This document shows, one piece after another, positions 18,660 through 28,423 of a stretch of DNA of 64,000 nucleotides. The notes below the pieces were generated by a model. The model searched no databases. It was not told where the DNA came from and saw only the letters and a program-made list of their open reading frames with translations. The position numbers and the translations under genes were made by a program. Every line of letters begins with the position of its first letter. The stretch's first letter is position 1. Origin of the DNA: an uncultured delta proteobacterium (GTDB lineage Bacteria > Desulfobacterota > Binatia > Binatales > Binataceae); contig CAVQEQ010000004.1 of assembly GCA_963711565.1 (NCBI GenBank), positions 192,001 to 256,000 on the forward strand. Reading direction: 5' to 3'.

Positions 18660-19277
18660 TCAGCGAGCTTCGTTTGTATGGCTATCCTGACGGTCATTGG
18701 CCATCTCTTCCCATCGACGGACGTAGGCGATGCCGTGTTCGTAGCGCGTCACAATTACTTCGGCGCCATGCGCTATCGCTTCGCCGTTTTCGCTGCGGGC
18801 GCCGCATGTTTGCCTCGTTCCCTCCTGCGAGAAAATGATTTCGCCGGTGCCTCCCATCCGGATTGCGCTGCTGACGCGGCCCAACACTCCAACGCGATCG
18901 TAGTCGGCCGGATCGAGTGCCTGATCGTGCGTCAGCAGGAATTTTACGATGAACCAGAAGACGAGCGTCGCGCCCGTCAGTCCCGCGACGATCGCCAGGA
19001 TCATAACCACCGTGACCAGCAGGCTCGAATGGCGTGTGAGCAGGTAGCCGGTGCCGCCGAACCATGCGAGGAACGCCGTGATCGTCGCGAAGTTGAACCA
19101 CGGCATCTCAGGCCCGCGACTTACTCCCGCATGCCCACCCACGCCGGGCGTAGCGACATGCCCGTGCGACAAATTGAAATGCACATGCGGCAAATGGATT
19201 GTGCCGCCGACAAACGCGAGGACGCTCAGAGTCACTCCCACGAGGAAACAGGTCAGATAGAACATTTCCCAGTTCAT
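18660..19277 (-). CDS. NfeD family protein (flotillin partner)
   Basis: TM helices, AFLAWFGGTG, C-terminal OB-fold GVLGRVSSAIRMGGTGEI...VIVTRYEHGIAYV. Confidence 0.85.
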   Translation of the reverse strand: MNWEMFYLTCFLVGVTLSVLAFVGGTIHLPHVHFNLSHGHVATPGVGGHAGVSRGPEMPWFNFATITAFLAWFGGTGYLLTRHSSLLVTVVMILAIVAGLTGATLVFWFIVKFLLTHDQALDPADYDRVGVLGRVSSAIRMGGTGEIIFSQEGTRQTCGARSENGEAIAHGAEVIVTRYEHGIAYVRRWEEMANDRQDSHTNEAR

Positions 19278-19798
19278 AAGTTCCCTCCCGCCGATCGCTT
19301 CCTTGCGCCGTCTCGATGTGCCGATGAGCCGCCGGCGGGTCTAAGTACTTCACTCAGCCGATCGACCAGCTCGGGCGCCTCGAGGATCGCGCCTAACAGC
19401 ACGATGCATTTGCGGGTGTCGCGATGCCTCGCGATCAGGAGCATCGCGTGACTCAGCTCGGCGTCGCCGGCAAATTCCTCGGCGCCGTTTATCAGCCACA
19501 GGTCGAGCCGGTCCTGGGTGGCGCGGAGATCGCTGGTCAGCTCGGTATGGTAGCCCTCGGGATCATCGACCAGGTACCCGGGATGAACTTTGAAAAACCG
19601 CGCCAACATCATGCGCGACGAGTTGGTCAGATGCGGCCGCGCGCCGCTCTCGATCTGCGACAGGTAAGACTGGCTGAGACCCCCGCCCATTTCCTTTTTG
19701 AGCGCCCGCGCCAGATCCTGCTGGGTCATCTCGCGCCCAAGCCCGCGCAGCGTCCCTTCGACGAGTCGCAGATACCGAAGTTTTTCGCCAAGTTTCAT
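19274..19798 (-). CDS. XRE-family helix-turn-helix regulator
   Basis: MKLGEKLRYLR...TQQDLA...LSQSYLSQIESGARP; ATGA overlap with nfeD. Confidence 0.85.
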   Translation of the reverse strand: MKLGEKLRYLRLVEGTLRGLGREMTQQDLARALKKEMGGGLSQSYLSQIESGARPHLTNSSRMMLARFFKVHPGYLVDDPEGYHTELTSDLRATQDRLDLWLINGAEEFAGDAELSHAMLLIARHRDTRKCIVLLGAILEAPELVDRLSEVLRPAGGSSAHRDGARKRSAGGNL

Positions 19799-19852
19799 TT
19801 GAGTTTGCCGCGCCGGACGCCCGGACTGAGCGCCCTGCGCGCTTATTATGAT

Positions 19853-19872
19853 TTGCAATTACTATATTGCAA
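19853..19872. promoter_or_regulatory. inverted-repeat operator overlapping a putative promoter of the XRE-nfeD-flotillin-pspA operon
   Basis: TTGCAAT-TACTAT-ATTGCAA perfect 7-6-7 inverted repeat; minus strand reads TTGCAA-N16-CATAAT. Confidence 0.55.
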
Positions 19873-20040
19873 TCCGTTATGCAAACGTGGCGATGCCCTT
19901 GCGACGGCGCGAGAAAAAACCGCGCAGGCCCATCCTGAAACCTCGACCGTTATTTCACGGGAGAGGCGGCCGGCCGCATCGCGGCCGGTAGGTGAGGGTT
20001 CCGCGATTCAAGCTGCAACCGCGCGTCCGCGTCATTCTGA

Positions 20041-20079
20041 TCCCCTCTCCTGAAGGGAGAGGGGCTAGGGGTGAGGTTC
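20041..20079. repeat. REP-like hairpin (family C, copy 2, opposite orientation)
   Basis: Reverse complement aacctcacccctagcccctctcccttcaggagagggga; overlaps the GH38 stop codon. Confidence 0.6.
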
Positions 20080-22833
20080 CGAGTTACGCACCTCGAACGT
20101 CACGATCTGAAACGGCCGCAGCTCCAGCTCCACGGAACCGTCGCGCCGCCGCTTCACCTTGACGCCCTTTAAATGCAGGCCCGCGAGATCCACCAGTCGG
20201 GCCTTGCGGCCGGTGCCGAAGCTGAAGCGCGCGGTCTCCGGCGATTCGGATGCGCTGAACGCGCGCACGATATACCCGCCGGCGCGTTCCGTCGCTCGCG
20301 CGGTCGAGAACGCCACTCGCGGATTGTCGCACGCGCATAGCCGATTCCCGGGAGCATCGAACCCCGAGCGCGCCTGGAACATGCGCGGCGGATACGCGTA
20401 CGCCTGGCTCAACTGAACGACGCCGGCGTCCGCGCACGAACCGCGCCAGGTCGTGACGGCGAATTGAAAACGATGCGTGCCGATTTCCTGTGCGTCAGGC
20501 GTTTCGAACTCCGGGCCCGCGTCGCCGCGCCGCATCTTCAAGTCCCCGCGCGATAGCCAGCCGACGCATCGCAACAGCGTCAACAGGATCGTCGCGCCGC
20601 CAACGTCGCGCCGCGCCTCGGTCTCATAGATTCCGCGGCTCATCACGGCCGCTGAAAACTCGGCGGACTCTACGGCGGTGAACGTCCGATGCGGCGCGGT
20701 CGCATAAACGTCCTCCGTCACGCCCGCCGGTTCGGTCGGATCCATCGAGCGCCGGACGATTCCGAAATTCGTGTCGGAGATCGATTCCGCCGCCACAATC
20801 GGCGTGGACAACGCGACGCGCAAGCGATGGTCGCGCGCGCGATTATCCATCTCCGCCTCGAAATCCACCCGCTCGAGTCCCGCGTAGATAGTGGCCGTAA
20901 GTTCTATCGGAACCTCGACGGTCTCCGCCGCGCGCGATTTACGATCTTTCGTCAGTGCACTCGGAAGATTGAGAACGATCGACAGCGCGATACGGCTGCG
21001 CACCGCTCCGCGCTCGACCACTCGCGCCGCGATCGATGCGGGCTTCGAGATCGGCGCCGAATCGGCGACCGGATCAAAGTTGTATTCATCGCCGCGATCG
21101 CCGTCGTCTTCGAAATAAATCTCAACCGGCTTGCCGTTCTTCAGATCGTCGATTTTCAAACCGCGCGGCGTCGGGCTCAGCCTGAAATATTCGTTCTCGA
21201 TCGATTCATTATCGCCAGGCGGACTCTCGACGGCTTCGTCCGCGCGAACGAGGCGATAGTGGCTGAATCCCGCCTGCGCGATCCCGTCGCCGACGAACGT
21301 GATTTGCGCCCGCGCCGCTGCCGTCGCTCGTATCCGAAGGATCGCGTCGTCAGGCACTTCGAGCATTCGCCGCCGAAAGCTGTGCGGATCAACGTCGCCC
21401 GAGGGAGCGCGGCTGACGAACATGCGCAGCTCGAATCGATTGTTACCGGCGCGTTCGAGCTCGAACCGGTTCACATACTGGCCCATCACCTGCGCCCCGG
21501 TGATCAAGCCCTTGAAGTCCGCGCCCTTGAGCTCGATTTCGAATGGGCGCGCCAAGCGTGCAACGTCGATCGCGACGGGAATCCTGCGCCCGTCGCTATC
21601 CACCGCGACGTAACTCGCGTGCGGATCCTCGACTTCGGTCTCACCGGTGACGAGCGCGCGGCGCGCGAACGTCGGATTGAACACCGCAGTCGCGGCCTCG
21701 CCGCCGTTTCGCGTCGATAGCACCGTGCTCGACGCCCGCCGCGCCACGATCTCGCCGATCATCGCCGCCTGGTCGAAGCGATAGCGCATGTCCTGATGGA
21801 CCTGGTCGATCGAGCATCCGCAGATCGAGTCGTGCGGATGGTTCTGAATCTCGGTGCGCCACGCAACTTCGAGCAGCGCGGTCAGGTCATCGGCTTGATT
21901 CAATCGAGAGGCGAGCGCGGTGAGCGGATCGGCAATCCGCTCGAGCAGGTACGAGTTCTGAAAATCGCGCTGCTTTATCCATGCGCGCGACGAGCTGACG
22001 CCGGGCGTGAGATTCGAACGCGCCGGCGATCGCAATTCTCCGCGGACGCGCGGCGTGCCGTCGAGCGGAAGCTCGCACAGCCGCTTCGCGTATTCGTCAA
22101 GCGTGCCGACTTCGGCGCTGAACGGCGCGCGTCCGTCCGCCTCCTTCAGCCGCGCGAAGACTGCCGCGTCGGGTTCCGCGTGATCGTTGCCGTTCATCAC
22201 CAGCATCGGCGCGCCGGCCGCGAATTCGCGTTCCCGCGCCGCAATCTCGCTCACTCGCGCGATTGTCGCGTCGGCCGAATCTGTGGGCAGGCTGGCACCG
22301 TTCGAGTAACCGAACGGCAAAAAGACCATGAACATCGAACTGCCGTCGAGCGCCTCCCAGATGAACCGATTGCGCTTCACTTCGCGGCCGACGCCGCGGA
22401 AGACTGCCCCGGCCTTCAGCCCGAAGCTCGACAGAATCTGCGGTAGCTGCGCCGCGTGACCGAATTGATCCGGCAAATATCCGGTCTCCGCCGACTTGCC
22501 GAAGCGCCGCGCGATCCGCGTGCCGATTTCGAGATTCCGAATCAGCGCCTCGCCGCTCGCGAGGAAGCTGTCCGCGAGCAGGTACCACGGGCCGATTTGC
22601 AGCTTGCCGGCTTTGACCAGCTTCGCGATTCGGCGCGCGCTGTCGGGCCGCACTTCGAGGTAATCCTCAAGCACGATCGTCTGGCCGTCGAAATGAAAGC
22701 AGGGGAGGGCGCCGCTCTCGAGCTGCGCGATCATCTTGTCCATCATCGTCAGCAGCCGCGCGCGCATCCGCTGAAACGGCTGATACCACTCGCGATCCCA
22801 ATGCGTGTGAACGACGAAATAAAGATGCTCCAT
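20065..22833 (-). CDS. glycoside hydrolase family 38 alpha-mannosidase (MngB-like)
   Basis: HTHWDREWY, FHFDGQ, IGPWY, GYLPDQFGH, NGNDH and HPHDSICGCSIDQVH motifs; true start MEHLYF. Confidence 0.92.
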   Translation of the reverse strand: MEHLYFVVHTHWDREWYQPFQRMRARLLTMMDKMIAQLESGALPCFHFDGQTIVLEDYLEVRPDSARRIAKLVKAGKLQIGPWYLLADSFLASGEALIRNLEIGTRIARRFGKSAETGYLPDQFGHAAQLPQILSSFGLKAGAVFRGVGREVKRNRFIWEALDGSSMFMVFLPFGYSNGASLPTDSADATIARVSEIAAREREFAAGAPMLVMNGNDHAEPDAAVFARLKEADGRAPFSAEVGTLDEYAKRLCELPLDGTPRVRGELRSPARSNLTPGVSSSRAWIKQRDFQNSYLLERIADPLTALASRLNQADDLTALLEVAWRTEIQNHPHDSICGCSIDQVHQDMRYRFDQAAMIGEIVARRASSTVLSTRNGGEAATAVFNPTFARRALVTGETEVEDPHASYVAVDSDGRRIPVAIDVARLARPFEIELKGADFKGLITGAQVMGQYVNRFELERAGNNRFELRMFVSRAPSGDVDPHSFRRRMLEVPDDAILRIRATAAARAQITFVGDGIAQAGFSHYRLVRADEAVESPPGDNESIENEYFRLSPTPRGLKIDDLKNGKPVEIYFEDDGDRGDEYNFDPVADSAPISKPASIAARVVERGAVRSRIALSIVLNLPSALTKDRKSRAAETVEVPIELTATIYAGLERVDFEAEMDNRARDHRLRVALSTPIVAAESISDTNFGIVRRSMDPTEPAGVTEDVYATAPHRTFTAVESAEFSAAVMSRGIYETEARRDVGGATILLTLLRCVGWLSRGDLKMRRGDAGPEFETPDAQEIGTHRFQFAVTTWRGSCADAGVVQLSQAYAYPPRMFQARSGFDAPGNRLCACDNPRVAFSTARATERAGGYIVRAFSASESPETARFSFGTGRKARLVDLAGLHLKGVKVKRRRDGSVELELRPFQIVTFEVRNSEPHP

Positions 22834-22850
22834 GAACCGCGCCTCGCCGC

Positions 22851-23810
22851 TTACAATCCCACCGCGACGCACAGCGCCGCAACATCGCCGATACGCTCGC
22901 CCAGCGCCGCCGCCACCACTTCGCACGACGCCGCCAACGTCGCCAACGCTTCGCGCATCATCACCTCGCGCGCGGGTCCCAGGATCATCTCGCCGGTGCG
23001 CATCGCGATCCCGCCAATCACAATGCGCTGCGGATTCAGAACGTCCACGAGGATCGCCAGCACCTGCCCGAGCCGCTCGCCCGTGGTGCGGACGATTCGC
23101 ATCGCGACGACGTCGCCATGCTTCGCCGCCGCGCAAACGTCGCGCGCCGTCAGCGTCCCGCGATGCGCCCTCAGCGTCGTGCTGCGCCCGCGCTTGCGCG
23201 CATCCGCGACCGCTCGCATCGCGACCTGCGCCATCCCGCCGCCGCTCGCCCATCCTTCGACTGAACCGCGCTTGTGATATCCGATCGGGCCGCCGCGCGT
23301 GAGCCGCACGTGCCCGATCTCGCCCGCGAGATCGTCAGTGCCGTGATAGAGCCGCCCATCGACGATAATTCCCGCGCCGAGTCCCGTGCCCATCGTCAGG
23401 AAGATCATGTTGCCGACGCCGCGCCCGGCGCCGTACCGATGCTCCGCGACGGCCCCGGCGTTCGCGTCGTTCTCGACGTTGCATCGAACGCCGAATTGCC
23501 GCTCGAGAATTGCCTTGATTGGAATATCGATCCACGTCGCCAGATTCGGCGGCGCCTGGATAGTCCCGCTGATTCGATCGAGCGGCCCGCCGCAACTGAC
23601 GCCGATTCCGCGGATCGCCGATTTCGCAAGCCCGCGCTTCTTCAGCAGCGTGTCGATTCCTTTACCGATCAGATCGAGCGCGCGCTCGGGCCCTTTTGCG
23701 GGAAGCGTCGCGAACTGAAGCCGCTCGCTGACCTCGGGCAGCCGCCGCGAAACGACGATCGCCGTCTTCGTGCCGCCGATATCGACACCAATCCATACTT
23801 TTGCGGGCAC
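22851..23810 (-). CDS. ROK family sugar kinase
   Basis: IGVDIGGTK, VENDANAGA, GTGLGAG and GEIGH motifs. Confidence 0.9.
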   Translation of the reverse strand: MPAKVWIGVDIGGTKTAIVVSRRLPEVSERLQFATLPAKGPERALDLIGKGIDTLLKKRGLAKSAIRGIGVSCGGPLDRISGTIQAPPNLATWIDIPIKAILERQFGVRCNVENDANAGAVAEHRYGAGRGVGNMIFLTMGTGLGAGIIVDGRLYHGTDDLAGEIGHVRLTRGGPIGYHKRGSVEGWASGGGMAQVAMRAVADARKRGRSTTLRAHRGTLTARDVCAAAKHGDVVAMRIVRTTGERLGQVLAILVDVLNPQRIVIGGIAMRTGEMILGPAREVMMREALATLAASCEVVAAALGERIGDVAALCVAVGL

Positions 23811-23896
23811 GCGCGCTCGCCCTCGACGCTCTAGCAGCGCGCAAGCTGTATCAAACGCCCGGCTGTTTCACCAGCCGCCGCGGTAGGGTAATCAGC

Positions 23897-25417
23897 ATGG
23901 CACTGATGATGCGCGCTTCGCGAAAGATCTCTCGACAGATTGTCGCCGCCGCATCGGCGCTTTTCTTCAGCGCGCTCACTCCGGTCGCGCACGCGCAGAT
24001 GACGCCGGCCTGTTCCGCCTCCGAATCGAGCGGCGAATACTGCGTTGGCGCGTCGCGGCGCGAAATCACTCCGACCTCGCCGGTCTATCTCGGCGGTTAC
24101 GGCTTCGGTCCCGTCCGGCGCTCGACCGGGGTAATGAGCCCGATCTACGCGCGCGCAATCGCCATCTCGCGCGGTGACAAGACCGTGGTCTTCTGTGCGA
24201 TCGATACGCAAGGCCATTTCCTCGCCTACCAGGGGGACGACGCGCCGTATGGCGCCGCGGACATTCGCCGCCGCGTGTCGAAAGACACCGGCATTCCCGC
24301 AAGCGCGATCATCATCGCCAGCACTCATGATCATTCGGGGCCCGACGACATCGGAGTATGGGGCGGTCTGCCGCCGGCGTACTTGAACTTCGTCGCCGAC
24401 CAGGCCGTCGCCGCAATCGAATCCAGTGTGCGTGGCGAACGGTCCGCATCGCTTTACTCAGGCGAGATTAATACCGCGCCGTCCCATCTCCTGCGGAGCC
24501 TGCTGCCGGGCTATCCGATCGACACGAAACTGCGCGTGATATTCGCGAGAGGTTCCGACGGCGCGCCGTTCGCGACGCTGATTAATTTCAGCGCCCACGT
24601 CACCGCGCTCGGCAAGGACAATGCGCAGATTTCGCCGGATTGGCCCGGAGCGGCTCTGGAAGCCATCGAGAAAGCTAACCCAGGCTCGACGGCGCTCGTG
24701 ATGGTCGCCTCGGTCGGACGCACCTTGCCCGACCTCAAGGCGATCGGCGCCCGCGGTCCATCGGCCGCCCAAACCTACGGCGCGACCGTCGCGAGGCTCG
24801 CACTCGTTGCCGAGGCCCTCGCGGTGAAAGTTGACGGCCCGATCGCGACCGCCGAAACCATCCTCGAAGAGCCGGCCGAAAATTCCGTGCTCGTGAGCCT
24901 GATGACCTCCGGCAAAGTCGGCGTGGACCGCGTGATGCGCTCGAATCGCGAACCTTACATGGCCGCCGACAGAAGCAAGGTCCGCACGGTCGTGGGCGCG
25001 ATACGAATCGGCAATCTCTTCTTCGCCGCCGTGCCGGGCGAGTCCTTTCCCGAAACGCAAATGGCGCTCGAGGCCCGCGTCGCCGCGGACGGACACTACC
25101 TCTTCTCCCTCGCCGACGATCAGCTCGGCTACGACCCGCCGCCCTACGAATTGGGCATGGTCGAGTTCGCCAGCCCGCTCGACGAGGGACTGTTCATCAT
25201 CAATTCTCGTTTCGGTACCGACGTTACGCGCACGCTGCTGGTACAGGCGCGCGCACTCGGCTTTACAGTTTCCGATACAGGCTATACAGGTGACGAGGCC
25301 CGCGAAGCCCGCGGCTTGGTTGATTCAATTGACGGGACGATCGGAATGGTCGAGGAACCTATCGCCCGCCGGCTCATCCCGCTGATGCTCTGGCTGGGAT
25401 ACGATCGCTTTCACTGA
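23897..25417 (+). CDS. secreted neutral/alkaline ceramidase-like hydrolase
   Basis: Signal peptide AHA-Q; VGASRREITP, STHDHSGPD, NFSAH, SPDWPG and VPGE motifs. Confidence 0.65.
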   Translation: MALMMRASRKISRQIVAAASALFFSALTPVAHAQMTPACSASESSGEYCVGASRREITPTSPVYLGGYGFGPVRRSTGVMSPIYARAIAISRGDKTVVFCAIDTQGHFLAYQGDDAPYGAADIRRRVSKDTGIPASAIIIASTHDHSGPDDIGVWGGLPPAYLNFVADQAVAAIESSVRGERSASLYSGEINTAPSHLLRSLLPGYPIDTKLRVIFARGSDGAPFATLINFSAHVTALGKDNAQISPDWPGAALEAIEKANPGSTALVMVASVGRTLPDLKAIGARGPSAAQTYGATVARLALVAEALAVKVDGPIATAETILEEPAENSVLVSLMTSGKVGVDRVMRSNREPYMAADRSKVRTVVGAIRIGNLFFAAVPGESFPETQMALEARVAADGHYLFSLADDQLGYDPPPYELGMVEFASPLDEGLFIINSRFGTDVTRTLLVQARALGFTVSDTGYTGDEAREARGLVDSIDGTIGMVEEPIARRLIPLMLWLGYDRFH

Positions 25418-25435
25418 ATTTCGGATTCACGGGGA

Positions 25436-26251
25436 CTATCGGCTCCACCGATGCTGGCGCTGAAGAGGCGCACTGCGCTGCCGGCTCGACGCCGCGAGCT
25501 GGATACTCGCCGGCGCGTGGCCATTCGCGACGTGTGCGACTTCGTTCACCGCCGCCTCGATCGTTCCGCCGCGCAGCAGAATATATTTGCGCTCGCGCCG
25601 CCCGATCTCTCCGTCTTCGGCCAGTTCCGTCAGTACGCGCCCGACCACCGGCCGCGAGCTGCCGATCATTTCCGCCAAGTCGGAATGCGTCGGCTCGAAC
25701 GTGAGCAAAACTCCGTCGCTATCGGCGATGCCGAATTTGCGCCCCAATTCCGCCAGCACCATTTCAATTCGTTCGCGATATGAAAGTCCCAGAAACGTCG
25801 CGTAGTACTGCACCCATTCCGTCGCCGCCGAATTCATCCGCTCCGTCAGCGCCAGCAGTTCCTCCGCGTTCATCGCCTTCAGCAGATTGCGCACATGGTC
25901 GCGCGTCACGATCGCCAGCACACAGTTGCTAGCCGTCCACGCTTCGAAGCGCCGGACCCATTGCCCCTTCTCGTTGAGCTTGTCCGCCAGCCCCAGCACG
26001 TCGCCGGCCGTCGCCAGCCTCACCAGCGTCTGCGTGCCCTTCGGATTCGGACAGACTTCACGCACGACGCCCTTGACGACCCACATCACGATGTCGGCCG
26101 GCGAGCCTTGGCTGAAGATAAGCTTGCCCGATGTGTAGTTGATCTCCGTATGATGCGCGGTCAACTCCTTCGCGGTCTCCTCCGGAATCCCCCACGAAAA
26201 AAGCCCGGCCTCGAACACGTTCGCCCGGTTGAGAATAGAGACCTGATTCAT
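25436..26251 (-). CDS. Crp/Fnr family transcriptional regulator (paralog of 14985-15773)
   Basis: IFSQGSPADIVMWVVKG and THSDLAEMIGSSRPVVGR; start reset to MNQVSI with GGAG RBS. Confidence 0.85.
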   Translation of the reverse strand: MNQVSILNRANVFEAGLFSWGIPEETAKELTAHHTEINYTSGKLIFSQGSPADIVMWVVKGVVREVCPNPKGTQTLVRLATAGDVLGLADKLNEKGQWVRRFEAWTASNCVLAIVTRDHVRNLLKAMNAEELLALTERMNSAATEWVQYYATFLGLSYRERIEMVLAELGRKFGIADSDGVLLTFEPTHSDLAEMIGSSRPVVGRVLTELAEDGEIGRRERKYILLRGGTIEAAVNEVAHVANGHAPASIQLAASSRQRSAPLQRQHRWSR

Positions 26252-26684
26252 CTTCGACTCCGCCAGGACAGTCTGCGCCGACTTCGTTTTCACCGTGTGA
26301 TGCTCCGTGTTGCGAGCGTGAAAAATAAGGCGGCCCGGGGTCCCCCACACCAGCTTGACCGGCGCTATGTCCCCAGACATCGCGCAGCCAACTCCGCGGG
26401 CGGGCCGCCGCTGCACAACATCAGCAAAGGATGTGCCCAAATGAACGCTATCGCGCGCCGCCTCCGCTCAGAAGTTCCAAGCGCGCGTTATATCGGCGAA
26501 ATCTCGGTTGGGCGATTTAGCGGTCGATTCGCCCGGCAATGATTCGCGCCAATTTGAATGGAGCCGGAAGAAGATGTTGGGTCAAAATTCCCCCGCGCAC
26601 GACGGCATTTCTCCGAAGTAGGACGGAATTCATTCCGTCGCTCCGAGACGTCGCCCATCGACAATTCTCAGGAAACTAAAAGAT

Positions 26685-26719
26685 CCGGGATTCTTCGCTT
26701 CGCTCTAGAATGACACGAA
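26685..26719. repeat. REP-like GATTCTTCGCTTCGCTC..GAATGAC element (family A, copy 1)
   Basis: ccgggattcttcgcttcgctctagaatgacacgaa; near-identical copy at 42366. Confidence 0.65.
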
Positions 26720-26768
26720 CAAAAAGCCCTTGAGAGCAAAATGGCGTCCTCGCCATTTTGCGATTAAC

Positions 26769-26852
26769 ACTGGGTGCAGGGGTCCGCGACGGTGTCGACA
26801 CCCCCTGCCCAAGGAGGTGCGGAACCCACGGCGGGTTCCGCATTAGATAAAG
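26769..26852. repeat. two-hairpin intergenic repeat (family B, long copy)
   Basis: ACTGGGTGCAGGGG...CCCCTGCC-AAGGA-GCGGAACCC/GGGTTCCGC-ATT-ATAAAG; homologous to 42403 and 56317. Confidence 0.7.
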
Positions 26853-26950
26853 TGATCCCCCAGACCGCCGCCTTAGCCGGAACGCACGCAATCGCATATA
26901 ACTGACGCGATGACACCTTGCGCGCCGCGCTCCCCGATGGAGCACCGACT

Positions 26951-28423
26951 GTGAAAATCGGTACTCGCCTGACCCTCGTCCTGATGCTGTGCGTGATGCC
27001 GGTGATCGCCGCCTACACTTATTGGAGCGTCGCGCAGTCCAACGTCTATCTGAACGAGTTGAAGCAATCGGCGCGCGCCGTCAGCTCCGGCACGGCCCCT
27101 TCGGTTGACGAAGAAGTCATCGCCAATCAGTTCGACAAAATCGGTGACGCGTTCCGCAAGATGGACGCGCAAGGAACGCGCAGCGCGATCCTCCGTAAGG
27201 ACGGCACGCTATGGTACTCGCTGCCGGACTTCCCCAATGAACTCGTCGACGCGGCCCGGGTGCAACTCGCGCATTACCAGCCCGTTGAGTTCGGCCCGAC
27301 CAGCGGCCCGATGAACTGGTTCTGTGAATTGGTCCCGCTGAAAGGAAACGGCGGCGACGTAATCGGCTATCTGCTCGAAGTCCAGGATTGGACCAAGGTG
27401 GCGCGTGATAGCCGCACGCAATCGATCGCGTCGATCGTCGTGGCGCTCTGTCTGCTCGCTATCGTCGCGGCGGTCATCCCCGCGATGGTCTATCGGTACG
27501 TCTCGCGGCCGCTCGCCGATCTGTCGGCCAAGGTCACGAAATTTTCTTCGAGCGATTCCGATCGGCCCGCGGGCAGCGAAGTGGAACTGCTCGGCGAAGA
27601 ATTCGGCAAGCTCGATCAGCAGCTCAACAAGGCGCGCATCGATCTCGAGGATCGCCATCGGCGCGAATTGGAACTCGAACGCGAGCTGCAGCGCGCGGAC
27701 CGGCTCGCCACCATCGGCGCGCTGGCCGCCGGACTCGCGCACGAAATCGGCACCCCGATGGGCGTGATCCGCGTGCGCGCCGAGTCTCTCCAACAGGACG
27801 AGACGATCGCGCCCGACTCGCGCGTCAAGCTCGGCATCATCGTCCGCCAGATCGATCGCATCACGCGCATCGTCCGGATGCTGCTCGACTATGCGCGCAA
27901 GAGCGAATCGCACAAGGCCATCTGCGACTTGCGCACGATCGCCGAGCGCGCACTGACTCTGCTCGAGCCGGAAGCCGCGCATCGCAACGTCAGGACAATC
28001 GCTCGACTGGGAGACAATCCGCTGATGGTAAATTGCGACGCCGATCAGCTCGAACAGGTCTTCGTCAACATGATCATGAACGCCTTCGACGCGATGAATC
28101 GCAACGGCGGAACCCTGCGCGTCACCGCAAATTCTGAAAAAGGCAACGGCGGCTCGCGCGTGACAATCGCGTTCGAGGACACCGGCGTCGGCGTCGCCCC
28201 CGAGCACGAGAAAAGCCTCTTCGCCCCCTTCTTCACCACCAAGGAGCCGGGCAAGGGCACCGGGATGGGCCTCGCCGTGAGCCAGTCTATAGTACGCGAG
28301 CACGACGGCGAGATAACCTTCAGCTCGGGCCCGACGGGTTCGCGCTTTGTCGTCGCGATTCCGATGGCGTCCGCCGAGATAGTCGAACATGAGCATGGAC
28401 CCCGTGAGCAGCGGCACGCATAG
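26951..28423 (+). CDS. membrane sensor histidine kinase (NtrB/ZraS-like)
   Basis: Two TMs, HAMP domain, H-box GLAHEIGTP, N-box QVFVN, FFTTK, GTGMGL. Confidence 0.92.
   Translation: MKIGTRLTLVLMLCVMPVIAAYTYWSVAQSNVYLNELKQSARAVSSGTAPSVDEEVIANQFDKIGDAFRKMDAQGTRSAILRKDGTLWYSLPDFPNELVDAARVQLAHYQPVEFGPTSGPMNWFCELVPLKGNGGDVIGYLLEVQDWTKVARDSRTQSIASIVVALCLLAIVAAVIPAMVYRYVSRPLADLSAKVTKFSSSDSDRPAGSEVELLGEEFGKLDQQLNKARIDLEDRHRRELELERELQRADRLATIGALAAGLAHEIGTPMGVIRVRAESLQQDETIAPDSRVKLGIIVRQIDRITRIVRMLLDYARKSESHKAICDLRTIAERALTLLEPEAAHRNVRTIARLGDNPLMVNCDADQLEQVFVNMIMNAFDAMNRNGGTLRVTANSEKGNGGSRVTIAFEDTGVGVAPEHEKSLFAPFFTTKEPGKGTGMGLAVSQSIVREHDGEITFSSGPTGSRFVVAIPMASAEIVEHEHGPREQRHA

Noticed and set aside
22834-23253. 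N-terminal extension of the GH38 ORF in the track (1062 aa)
   Set aside because: Out-of-frame overlap with the ROK gene; GH38 homology starts at MEHLYF (22833)
26534-26552. Sigma54-like motif TTGGCGCGAATCATTGCC upstream of the second Crp gene
   Set aside because: GG-to-GC spacing is 11 nt, not the required 10
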